From: an uncultured Chloroflexia bacterium
Lineage (GTDB): Bacteria > Chloroflexota > Dehalococcoidia > DSTF01 > JALHUB01
Length of the DNA: 64,000 nt
Assembly (NCBI GenBank): GCA_963703345.1
Contig: OY969814.1
Location: 2,176,001-2,240,000 of the forward strand
Direction: 5' to 3'
Shown: piece by piece, positions 49,143 through 57,993 of the stretch
Layout of the letters: every line of letters starts with the position of its first letter
Numbering within the stretch: the first letter of the stretch is position 1
The notes under the pieces: generated by a model
What the model was told of the DNA's origin: nothing
The model's input: only the letters and a program-made list of their open reading frames with translations
Databases searched by the model: none
Made by a program: the position numbers and the translations under genes

Positions 49143-49991
49143 ATGGCTACTTACGCACCAACCATGAACGGCCAGCCGGAGCGATACGCCGGCCTGGAGG
49201 CGAACCTCCGCGGCATCTACATAATCTGGTACCGGGACGTCCTCCGCTATTCTCGCGACCGGGCGCGGATCGTCGCTTCGCTGGGGCAGCCGCTCCTCTT
49301 CCTCATCGTCTTTGGCGCCGGCCTAAGCGCGTCGCTGGGAGCCGGACTGACGCAGCAGCTTGGCAACGTCTCTTACGTGCGCTTCCTCTACCCCGGCATC
49401 ATCTCGATGGCGGTCCTGTTCACCTCCATCTTCAGCGCCATGTCCATCGTCTGGGACCGGGAGTTCGGTTTCCTGCGGGAGCTGCTGGTCGCGCCCGTCA
49501 GCCGCGCGGCCGTCGTGCTGGGCAAAGCGCTGGGCGGCAGCACAATCGCCATGTTCCAGGGCGCGATCCTCATCATCCTGGCGCCCATCATCGGCATTGG
49601 GCTCAACCCGCTTCTCATAGTCGAGCTGCTGGCGCTGATGTTCCTCGTCGCCTTCGCCATCGCCTCCGTCGGCATCCTCATCGCGTCGCGGCTCCAGACC
49701 ATGGAGTCGTTCCAGATGATCATCAACTTCCTCGTGATGCCGATGTTCTTCCTGAGCGGCGCCTTCTTCCCGCTACGACAGCTCCCCCGCTGGATGGCGG
49801 TTGTGACGCGGCTGGACCCCGTGGCCTACGGCGTCGACCCGCTGCGACGCCTGCTGCTCGGCTCGAAGCTGGCGCCGGGGATTCAGATCGGCGGCCACCA
49901 CCTGGGGACGATGGAGGACATCGGCATCCTCGCCGTCTTCGCCGTCGTCATGCTGCTGCTGGCGATGCGTTCTTTCGAAACGACGGAGTAG
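49143..49991 (+). CDS. ABC-2 type permease (DrrB-like)
   Basis: WDREFGFLRELLVAP and PMFFLSGAFFP; six TM helices. Confidence 0.93.
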   Translation: MATYAPTMNGQPERYAGLEANLRGIYIIWYRDVLRYSRDRARIVASLGQPLLFLIVFGAGLSASLGAGLTQQLGNVSYVRFLYPGIISMAVLFTSIFSAMSIVWDREFGFLRELLVAPVSRAAVVLGKALGGSTIAMFQGAILIILAPIIGIGLNPLLIVELLALMFLVAFAIASVGILIASRLQTMESFQMIINFLVMPMFFLSGAFFPLRQLPRWMAVVTRLDPVAYGVDPLRRLLLGSKLAPGIQIGGHHLGTMEDIGILAVFAVVMLLLAMRSFETTE

Positions 49992-50003
49992 ACGGGCAGG
50001 CCG

Positions 50004-52298
50004 TCACTCCTTCTTCTTCCGCCTTCTCTTGGGCTTCTCCGCTGCCAGCCGCTCCAGGTTGCGGCGGGCGATCTCAGCGCCCGGGCTGCCGAGCGCTTCG
50101 AAGATGGCAAGCGCCTCCTGGTATAGCCCGCGGGCAGCCGGGATGTCGCCCTCCGCCTCAGCCACGCTGCCAAGCTGGTGCTTGCTCTGGGCAATACCCA
50201 GGCGGTCCCCCAGATCCTCCGCTATGGCCAGGCTCTCCTCGTAGAGGCGGCGGGCCTCAGCGTAGTCGCCCTGCTGATGGGCGAGCCATCCGAGCTGGTG
50301 CTTGGTATTGGCGATGCCGGAGCGGTCGCCCAGTTCCTCCTTTATGGCGAGGCTCCCCTCGTAGAGGCGGCGGGCCTCAGCGTAGTCGCCCTGCTGATGG
50401 GCGAGCCATCCGAGCTGGTGCTTGGTATTGGCGATGCCGGAGCGGTCGCCCAGTTCCTCCTTTATGGCGAGGCTCTCCTCGTAGAGGCGGCGGGCCTCAG
50501 CGTAGTCGCCCTCAAGCTGGGCAAGGATGCCGAGCTGATGTTTGGTTTGGGCGATGCCGGAGCGGTCTCCCAGTTCCTCCTTTGTGGCCAGGCTCTCCTG
50601 GTAGAGGCGACGGGCCTCAGCGTAGTCGCCCTCAAGCTGGGCAAGGATGCCGAGCTGATGTTTGGTTTGGGCGATGCCGGAGCGGTCTCCCAGTTCCTCT
50701 TTTGTGGCCAGGCTCTCCTGGTAGAGACGACGGGCCTCAGCGTAGTCGCCCTGCTGATGGGCGAGCCATCCGAGCTGGTGCTTGCTCTGGGCAATACCCA
50801 GGCGATTGCCTAGCTCTTCCTCAATGTCCAGGCTCTCCCCATAGAGGCGGCGGGCCTCGGCGTAGTCGCCCTGCTGCTGCGCCACCACTCCCAGGTTGTG
50901 GGACGAGTCGGCCAACAGAGAGCGGCTTCCGGCGCGCTCGGCTGCCTGATAGCCCCGCTCCAGCCGCTTCCTCCCCTCGCCCCACAGGCCGCGCAGGTCA
51001 AGATACTGCACGAGGGCGATGGCGAAGCAGGCCACCGTCTCCCACTCCTCCGCCTCCCAGCACCAGTCCATGGCGGCGAGAGCGTTTCCTATCTCCGCGT
51101 CAAGCCCGCCAAAGGTTGATGGGTCATACCCAAACAGCGTCACCAACGCCAAGTAGTAGGCAGCCGCCTTCTGGTAGGGCTCACGGCTCCTGCCCAGGTG
51201 ATCGCTCGCATAGCGGCGGACAAGCGGGTGGAGGGCGTAGCGTCCCTCCTCCTGCCGCAAGAGGGAGCGGCGCACTAGCCTGTCCATGCGCTGCGCGTCC
51301 GCGGCGGGCGCCACGGCCTGCAGCGCGGCCAGGTCGAAGCTGGGCCCACCGAAGACGCCGAGCATCGCGAACAGCCCGTGCTCTTCGCGTGACAGCCGCT
51401 TGTAGGCCGCGTCCAGCGAAACCCTGATAGCGCGCCCCTTGCGTCTCCTGCCCCTGAGCACGGACCACGGCGATCCCTTCAGGCCCTCGAGTATCTCCTG
51501 AGCGGAGGCATCCTCGAGCTGGGCTCCCGCAAGGGCGACGGCAAAGGGATGGCCGGCTAGGATCTCAACGATTTTGCGTGCGGGTTCCTGCTCATCCGCC
51601 CGCAGCGGTCTGATGGCGGTTCGGCGAAGTATCTCCAGGCACTGGTCGTCGGTCATGCGTGTCAATTCGACCGCCTGGGGGCCCCGCGGGCGGTGCTGGC
51701 TGGTGACCAGGGTAGCGCGGTGGCCCTCGCTGGCGAAGCGAGCGGAGGCGTCGGGGTTCTCGCAGTTGTCAAGGACGACCAGTATATTGCGCCCGCCGAT
51801 GGCCGTCCGCAGTGCGCCGACCCTGTCATCGTCGGACTTGGCTTGAGCAACCTCTGTGGTTCCAAGAGCGCTGCCAACTGTCTCGCACATGGCCCGCAGA
51901 TCCATGCCCGCCGCATCCACCCACCAGACGCCGTCCGGGAAGCGCTCCCTGATCTCCGGCCTGCCTGCGACCTGCATGGCAAGGGACGACTTGCCCATCC
52001 CCGGCTCGCCGAACGCGCATACAGCGTGACCGTCGAGGAGGAGGCCTGCTGCTTCGTCCTCTTTGTCCTGCCTGGGGACGTACTCCTCGGGCGGAGGAGG
52101 TGGAACAGTAGCGTCGGGGCTACGCGCCGGGGTGCCAGTCTTCGGTGATCCCCGGATTTTAGCCCAGGTGAAACCCACCACCGAGCCAAGGAGTCGGGCT
52201 ATGGGAGTGAACACGACTATTAAGACCAACGCTAGCGCCGCCAAGGCGCCTATGCCTAACCACCTCGGATCTGTCAGGCCTATCGCTAGCGGTTCCAT
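50004..52298 (-). CDS. NB-ARC (STAND) NTPase with C-terminal TPR array and N-terminal transmembrane segment (bacterial NLR-like)
   Basis: Walker A GEPGMGKS, Walker B LVVLDN, LVTSQ, GHPFA (GxP) and LHPLVR (MHD-like), followed by seven 40-aa TPR units. Confidence 0.88.
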   Translation of the reverse strand: MEPLAIGLTDPRWLGIGALAALALVLIVVFTPIARLLGSVVGFTWAKIRGSPKTGTPARSPDATVPPPPPEEYVPRQDKEDEAAGLLLDGHAVCAFGEPGMGKSSLAMQVAGRPEIRERFPDGVWWVDAAGMDLRAMCETVGSALGTTEVAQAKSDDDRVGALRTAIGGRNILVVLDNCENPDASARFASEGHRATLVTSQHRPRGPQAVELTRMTDDQCLEILRRTAIRPLRADEQEPARKIVEILAGHPFAVALAGAQLEDASAQEILEGLKGSPWSVLRGRRRKGRAIRVSLDAAYKRLSREEHGLFAMLGVFGGPSFDLAALQAVAPAADAQRMDRLVRRSLLRQEEGRYALHPLVRRYASDHLGRSREPYQKAAAYYLALVTLFGYDPSTFGGLDAEIGNALAAMDWCWEAEEWETVACFAIALVQYLDLRGLWGEGRKRLERGYQAAERAGSRSLLADSSHNLGVVAQQQGDYAEARRLYGESLDIEEELGNRLGIAQSKHQLGWLAHQQGDYAEARRLYQESLATKEELGDRSGIAQTKHQLGILAQLEGDYAEARRLYQESLATKEELGDRSGIAQTKHQLGILAQLEGDYAEARRLYEESLAIKEELGDRSGIANTKHQLGWLAHQQGDYAEARRLYEGSLAIKEELGDRSGIANTKHQLGWLAHQQGDYAEARRLYEESLAIAEDLGDRLGIAQSKHQLGSVAEAEGDIPAARGLYQEALAIFEALGSPGAEIARRNLERLAAEKPKRRRKKKE
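50100..50900 (-). repeat. Tandem 120-bp repeats (about 6.5 copies) encoding 40-aa TPR units
   Basis: Lines starting 50221, 50341, 50461, 50581, 50701 and 50821 repeat GGCTCTCC..GTAGAGGCG.CGGGCCTCAGCGTAGTCGCCCT at exact 120-bp period. Confidence 0.95.
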
Positions 52299-52725
52299 CA
52301 CTCGTACCGCATCCTAATGTTCGCCTTCGGACTCTGCGCTTGCGTGTTGGGAGCGTCATTGTATCACGGAGCGATGGGATCGTCGAGTGCCGCGAGCCCC
52401 TTACAACCGCGCCTCGACTCTGCTATCCTGACTCCAGCCCTCGATACCAATCGCCGGAGCCGCGCCATGCCGCCTTTCAACTACTTCCGCCATCGCTTCG
52501 CCGGTCCGCGAACCCGATGTTTTCGCTGCATTTCTGCGCCATCTTCCAGCCTGCCTGTAGGGATTCACTTCGCTCCCGTCCAGATTCAAAGAAATGACGA
52601 AAAAACGATTGAATTCAACTGGTCAATTAAACGCCCGTCGCCTCCCTCTCAAGGTGCATCTCCTTGCCCCTGCTCCCCGATTCGTCTAACATACTCCTGC
52701 AGCCTGGGCACAGGAGTATCCCCCC

Positions 52726-54798
52726 ATGAAAGAGTACAAGACAGAGGATATCCGTAACGTCGTCCTCATCGGCCACGGCGGCACCGGCAAGACCACCCTC
52801 GCCGAGGCCATCCTCTTCGCCGGCGGCGCCATCAACCGCCTCGGCCGCGTCGAAGACGGCACGACGACCTCCGACTACGACCCCGACGAAATCAAGCGCA
52901 CGATAAGTATCAACCTGTCGCTCCTTCCCTGCGAGTGGAAGGGCAAGAAGATAAACGTCATCGACGCGCCGGGCTACGCGGACTTCGCCGGCGAGATGCG
53001 CGCCGCAGTCCAGGCCGCCGACGCCGCCGTCGTCCTCGTCGACGCCTCTGCCGGCGTCGAGGTGGGCACCGAGACGTCGTGGGCCGCCGCCGACGCGTTG
53101 GGCTTGCCCCGCGCGGTGCTCATCGACCGCATGGACCGCGAGAACGCCGACTTCGCGCAGGCGCTCGGCCAGGTGCAGTCGTTCTTCGGCAAGAAGTGCG
53201 TCGCGCTGCAGCTTCCCATCGGCGCCCAGAGCTCGTTCAGCGGCGTCATCGACCTGCTGGCTATGAAGGGTTATTCCGGCGAGAAAGGCACGGAGGGCCC
53301 CGTGCCCGACTCGCTGTCCGAGCAGGCGACGCGCTACCGCGAGCAGCTCGTGGAGGCCATCGCGGAGACTGACGACGAGCTGCTGACGAAGTACCTAGAC
53401 GGCACGGAGCTGACGGCGGAGGAGCTGACGCGCGGCCTGCGCGGCGGCATCGCATCCGGCGCCGTAGTGCCCGTGCTCGTCGGCGCGGCGGCGAAGAACA
53501 TTGGCACGGCGCCGCTGCTCGACACGCTCGCCGCCCACTTTCCATCCCCCAAGGAAAGGTCTCCCATCAAGGCGAAGCACGCATCGACCGACCAGGAGGA
53601 GGATCTGAAGGCCGATCCCGCCGGTCCGCTGGCGGCGCTCGTCTTCAAGACGACGGCCGACCCCTACGTCGGCAAGCTCACCTACCTGCGCGTCTACTCA
53701 GGCGTCCTCAAAGGCGACTCGCAGGCCTGGAACTCGAACCGGTCCACAATGGAACGCATCGGCCAGCTCTTCGTCGTGCGGGGGAAGGCGCAGGAGCCGA
53801 TTCCCCAGCTCGTCGCCGGTGACATCGGCGCGCTGTCGAAGCTGGCGGAGACGTCAACCGGCGACACCCTGGCGACGAAGGAGAAGCCGCTCGTCCTGCC
53901 GCCGATAACCTTCCCGACGCCCGCCTACAGCGCCGCCGTCCACCCGAAGACGAAGGCGGACCTCGACAAGATGGGCACAGCGTTGAGCCGCATCGTCGAG
54001 GAGGACCCGACGCTGCGCGTCCACCGCGACGCCGACACCAACGAGACGATTCTCTCCGGGCTGGGCGAGCCGCACCTGGAGGTCGCGGTCGAGAAGGTGC
54101 AGCGCAAGTTCGGCGTTGGGCTGGAGCTGACGACGCCCAAGGTGCCATACAAGGAGACGATAACGGCGGCCAGCACTTCGGAGTACACGCACAAGAAGCA
54201 GACCGGCGGCCACGGACAGTACGCGCGTGTTGCTATCAAGCTGGAGCCTCTGCCGCGGGGAAGCGGATTCCAGTTCGAGGACAAGATCGTGGGCGGTGTG
54301 GTGCCGAAGACCTACATCCCCGCAGTCGAGAAGGGCGTCCACGAGGCGATGCAGGAGGGCGTGATCGCCCGTTACCCGCTCGTTGACGTCAAGGTGACGC
54401 TTTACGACGGCAAGGAGCACCCCGTCGACTCCTCGGAGATGGCCTTCAAGCTAGCGGGCTCGGCGGCGCTGAAGCAGGGCGTGAACCAGGGCCGGCCCAT
54501 CCTCGTCGAGCCGATCATGACCCTTCGCGTCACGGTCCCGGAGGCGAACACCGGCGACGCCATGGGCGACCTCAACAGCAAGCGGGCGAAGGTGCTGGGG
54601 ATATCGCCGCAGGAGGGCTACAGCGTCATCGAGGCGCTGGTGCCGCTGGCGGAGGTGCAGCACTACGCGACGGACTTGCGCTCCATAACGCAGGGCCGCG
54701 GCCACTACGACCTGGAGTTCGACCACTACGAAGAAGTGCCGGCGCACCTGGCGCAGAAGATCATCGACAAGGCGAAAGAGGAAACCAAGTCCTCCTGA
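52726..54798 (+). CDS. Elongation factor G paralog (EF-G2-like)
   Basis: IRNVVLIGHGGTGKTT, DAPG, GLGEPHLE, KKQTGGHGQY and HPVDSSEMAF. Switch I reads KRTISI instead of RGITI, and the gene is not in a str operon. Confidence 0.92.
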   Translation: MKEYKTEDIRNVVLIGHGGTGKTTLAEAILFAGGAINRLGRVEDGTTTSDYDPDEIKRTISINLSLLPCEWKGKKINVIDAPGYADFAGEMRAAVQAADAAVVLVDASAGVEVGTETSWAAADALGLPRAVLIDRMDRENADFAQALGQVQSFFGKKCVALQLPIGAQSSFSGVIDLLAMKGYSGEKGTEGPVPDSLSEQATRYREQLVEAIAETDDELLTKYLDGTELTAEELTRGLRGGIASGAVVPVLVGAAAKNIGTAPLLDTLAAHFPSPKERSPIKAKHASTDQEEDLKADPAGPLAALVFKTTADPYVGKLTYLRVYSGVLKGDSQAWNSNRSTMERIGQLFVVRGKAQEPIPQLVAGDIGALSKLAETSTGDTLATKEKPLVLPPITFPTPAYSAAVHPKTKADLDKMGTALSRIVEEDPTLRVHRDADTNETILSGLGEPHLEVAVEKVQRKFGVGLELTTPKVPYKETITAASTSEYTHKKQTGGHGQYARVAIKLEPLPRGSGFQFEDKIVGGVVPKTYIPAVEKGVHEAMQEGVIARYPLVDVKVTLYDGKEHPVDSSEMAFKLAGSAALKQGVNQGRPILVEPIMTLRVTVPEANTGDAMGDLNSKRAKVLGISPQEGYSVIEALVPLAEVQHYATDLRSITQGRGHYDLEFDHYEEVPAHLAQKIIDKAKEETKSS

Positions 54799-54982
54799 CG
54801 CCTCCGCGCGGCGCTGCTCCGTCCTCCAAAGGGCCCACTTCTACCGTTTCACCCGTCACTGATACGCGGCTTCACCGGCGACGATTCAGGGAGTGCTCCT
54901 ATCGCCTGAATAAACATGCTATGATCCGTGCGACCGCCTGCTCCCGCTCGGCCTGACCTCGACCGTCGAAAGGAGCGCCTCT

Positions 54983-56272
54983 TTGCCCGACACGGCTGTC
55001 GCGGCGCTGATACTCGGCCTCACCTATCTCGCGATCGCTTCCGAGCGCGTGAACCGGACGGCCGCGGCGCTTGCCGGCGCCGTCGCCATGATCGCCGTCA
55101 AGCTCGACGGCTTCGATCAGACCGCCGCCTTCGCCGCCATCGATTTCAACGTCATCTTCCTGCTGGCCGGCATGATGATCCAGGTCAGCGTCCTCTCGCG
55201 CACGGGCGTCTTTGAGTGGCTGGCGACACATGCGGCGGCGATGACCCACGGCAGCCCGGTGCGCATCCTCATCGCCCTCTCGCTGGCGACGGCAGTGCTG
55301 TCGGCGTTGCTGGACAACGTAACGACCGTCGTGCTCATCGCCCCGGTGACGATATCCGTGGCCAGCGCGCTACGCATGAAAGCGACGCCGCTCCTCATCT
55401 CGGAGGCGATAGCCTCGAACATCGGTGGCAGCGCCACGCTTATCGGCGACCCCCCGAACATCGTCATCGGCAGCGCCGCTCACCTCGACTTCGTCTCTTT
55501 CCTGGTGAACGTGGCGCCCATCATTGTGCTCATCCTTGCCATTTACCTGGCGGTGGCGCCGCGGCTGTTCTCGTTGCATCTTCTGGAGACCGAGTCACGG
55601 CGGAAGCGCATCGAGGAGATGGAGACCAAGACACTCATCCGCGACCCGGCGCTCCTTCGCCTGTCGGGCGCCGTGCTGGGTCTGACGCTCGTCGGGTTCG
55701 GCCTGCACGGCGTCCTCGGCTACCAGCCGGCGACTGTGGCCCTTTTCGGCGCAGCGATCGTCCTGCTGCTGGGACGGCAGAACGTCCATAACGTGCTTCT
55801 GGACGTCGAGTGGTCTACGCTGCTGTTCTTTGTCGGACTGTTCATCGTCATCGGCGGCACGGAATCCGTGGGGCTGCTGAGCGACGCCGGCGACAGGCTG
55901 GCGAGCGCGACGCATGGCAACGCGACGGCAGCTTCGATGGTCGTGCTCTCGTTTTCGGCGCTGGCGTCGGGCATTATAGACAACATCCCTTGTACGACGG
56001 CAATGCTTCCTGTCGTGCGTCAGGTGGGCACGAGCATCGGCGGCGGGGGCGGCCCGGGCAACGTGCTGTGGTGGTCGCTGTCGCTGGGCGCCTGCCTGGG
56101 CGGCAATCTGACGCTAATCGCTGCATCAGCGAACGTGCTGATGGCAAATCTGGCAGCGAGGGAAGGGGAACGAATCCGCTTCTGGGAGTTCTTCCGTTAT
56201 GGCGCGCCGGTTACCGTGCTTTCGATTGCCGTCTCGGCGGTGTACTTGTGGTTGCGCTACCTGCTGTTCTAG
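54983..56272 (+). CDS. ArsB/NhaD (ion transporter superfamily) permease
   Basis: SALLDNVTTV, ASNIGGSATLIGDPPN and GACLGGNLTLIAASAN. Confidence 0.88.
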   Translation: MPDTAVAALILGLTYLAIASERVNRTAAALAGAVAMIAVKLDGFDQTAAFAAIDFNVIFLLAGMMIQVSVLSRTGVFEWLATHAAAMTHGSPVRILIALSLATAVLSALLDNVTTVVLIAPVTISVASALRMKATPLLISEAIASNIGGSATLIGDPPNIVIGSAAHLDFVSFLVNVAPIIVLILAIYLAVAPRLFSLHLLETESRRKRIEEMETKTLIRDPALLRLSGAVLGLTLVGFGLHGVLGYQPATVALFGAAIVLLLGRQNVHNVLLDVEWSTLLFFVGLFIVIGGTESVGLLSDAGDRLASATHGNATAASMVVLSFSALASGIIDNIPCTTAMLPVVRQVGTSIGGGGGPGNVLWWSLSLGACLGGNLTLIAASANVLMANLAAREGERIRFWEFFRYGAPVTVLSIAVSAVYLWLRYLLF

Positions 56273-56279
56273 TTATTTC

Positions 56280-57941
56280 CTAGGCGTCTTTCTTCGTTGC
56301 CGGCGGACCGGATTCGCTCGCCGAATTGGGCTTCCACGCCTCCGGCACGTCGACGCGCATGTGGTCGCGGCCGAGAAAGTAAGTCAGCCAGGACGACTGC
56401 CGCTGAAGCTCCCAGTTCCGCGTGATGACCGGCATGTTGCGCATCTCCTCTTCGCGGCCCGCCGCCTTCAGCCGGTTATAGACGCGCACGTAGAAGCAAT
56501 CGCGGTCCGGGTAGACCTCGCACTTGCCGCGGAAGGAGCCGCCGCAGGGGCCGTTGCGCAGGCCTTTCGGACAGCCCGACTCCGGACAAAGATAGGCCAA
56601 GTGCGGCAGCGCGCAGTCGCCGCACTCCTGGCAGCCAACGCCGACTTCTTTCGACAGCTTCTCGACCCACTGCACGCCGCCTCGGAGGAGTCGATTTCCG
56701 TCGGCGACGTGGGCGGCGCGCTGCATGGCGCGAAAGCCTCGCGTGCCGGGCTGGAAGACGGCGTCGTGGAGGGCGCTCATGGCGCGGAAGTGCAGGCGAG
56801 GGCCTCCCTCCGGGTTCGCCAGGCCCTTGCGATCGACGGGCGTCGCGGCGTTGAGGCCGGTGGCGGCATCGGTCTCGAAATAGTAGAACTGGCGCTCCGC
56901 CGGCTCTATCGGATAGACCATCGTCCGCATGTGCTCCTGCCAGTCGGGCTGGAACTCAGCCGCGCGGTCGATTATCTCCTTCGCCTCCTCCACCTTCAGG
57001 CCGAAGCCGCCCAGATGAACGCCCTGGTAGCCGAGCCCGCGCACCACGGCGAACATCTTCGCGGCGCGCTCCAGGAAGCGCGGCCGGCCCTCCTTACCCT
57101 TGGGAAACGACTCCAAGTAGCGCAGCAGCGCGTCGGGCACGACGGCGCCGGGCACCTGGTTCGCGTTCATCGTGCGGGCGACGCCGGCGTTGAGAACGTA
57201 GACGTTGCCGATGACCGGCACTTCGACGCCTTGCAGGTCGAGGTGCTGCTTCAGCTCCTGCACCTTGCGCATATCGTAGCCGAGCTGACTGATGACAAAG
57301 CGCGCCCCGGCGTTCAGCTTCCGGTGCAGCTTGTAGTACTGCGTCATCTGCTCGGCCTCCGTCTGCTTGAAAGGCGAGACGCAGGCGCCGACGAAGAAGT
57401 CGCAGGCGGGCGCTGGCGCCCCCTTGCGGTCGACATCGACCAGGCCGGCGTTCATGTCGCCGAGGAGCTTGATGAGCGTGACGGCGTCGAGGTCGAAGGC
57501 CGGCTTCGACGCGCCCCAGTAGCCCTCCTTCGGGTAATCGCCTGTCAGCGCGAGGATGTTCCGCAGGGCCATCCGCTCCAGCGCGTAGCCACGCGAGACG
57601 GCGCCGTTGCGCGTGAGGTCCTTGCAGGTGAAGTGGACGATGCAGTCGAGGCCGACGGCCTGTATCTCTCGCGCCAACTCGTCGGGCATAATGGCGTGGC
57701 CGCCGCCGGGGTTGTCGGTAAGGCTCATCGCGTGGATGCGGCCGTCGGCCGCAAGCTCTTCGGCATCCTTGAGGAGCGTATCGATGCCGCGACCGCTCGG
57801 CCCGGCTGCGGGCACCGCCTCCAGCGTCACGACGAACTCGCCGCGTTCCAGCGCGCTCCGAAAGCGGCTCGGACGCGATGAGGCGTCGATAGCAGATGCG
57901 TCAGGAGCTGTATTCGATAGTTCTTCCGCCACGCGCGCCAT
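56280..57941 (-). CDS. metF: Methylenetetrahydrofolate reductase (MetF) fused to a C-terminal Cys-rich MetV-like domain
   Basis: SLTDNP, HFTCKD, LALTGD and GARFVISQ. C-terminal CQECGDC...CP..CPKGLRNGPCGG...CEV...C. Confidence 0.88.
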   Translation of the reverse strand: MARVAEELSNTAPDASAIDASSRPSRFRSALERGEFVVTLEAVPAAGPSGRGIDTLLKDAEELAADGRIHAMSLTDNPGGGHAIMPDELAREIQAVGLDCIVHFTCKDLTRNGAVSRGYALERMALRNILALTGDYPKEGYWGASKPAFDLDAVTLIKLLGDMNAGLVDVDRKGAPAPACDFFVGACVSPFKQTEAEQMTQYYKLHRKLNAGARFVISQLGYDMRKVQELKQHLDLQGVEVPVIGNVYVLNAGVARTMNANQVPGAVVPDALLRYLESFPKGKEGRPRFLERAAKMFAVVRGLGYQGVHLGGFGLKVEEAKEIIDRAAEFQPDWQEHMRTMVYPIEPAERQFYYFETDAATGLNAATPVDRKGLANPEGGPRLHFRAMSALHDAVFQPGTRGFRAMQRAAHVADGNRLLRGGVQWVEKLSKEVGVGCQECGDCALPHLAYLCPESGCPKGLRNGPCGGSFRGKCEVYPDRDCFYVRVYNRLKAAGREEEMRNMPVITRNWELQRQSSWLTYFLGRDHMRVDVPEAWKPNSASESGPPATKKDA

Positions 57942-57993
57942 CCCTTCCGATGCGCCGGCTCTCGAGGCGGTCTCCTGGCCGTCACCGCCGCAG

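Noticed and set aside
50100-50900. CRISPR or DGR interpretation of the 120-bp repeats
   Set aside because: Contiguous coding repeats without spacers; differences are not adenine-specific and no reverse transcriptase is present.
52302-52725. Small ORFs in the AT-richer intergenic region between the NLR-like gene and the EF-G paralog
   Set aside because: No motifs or convincing RBS; more simply a divergent promoter region (extended -10 TGaTACAAT at 52358-52366, minus strand).
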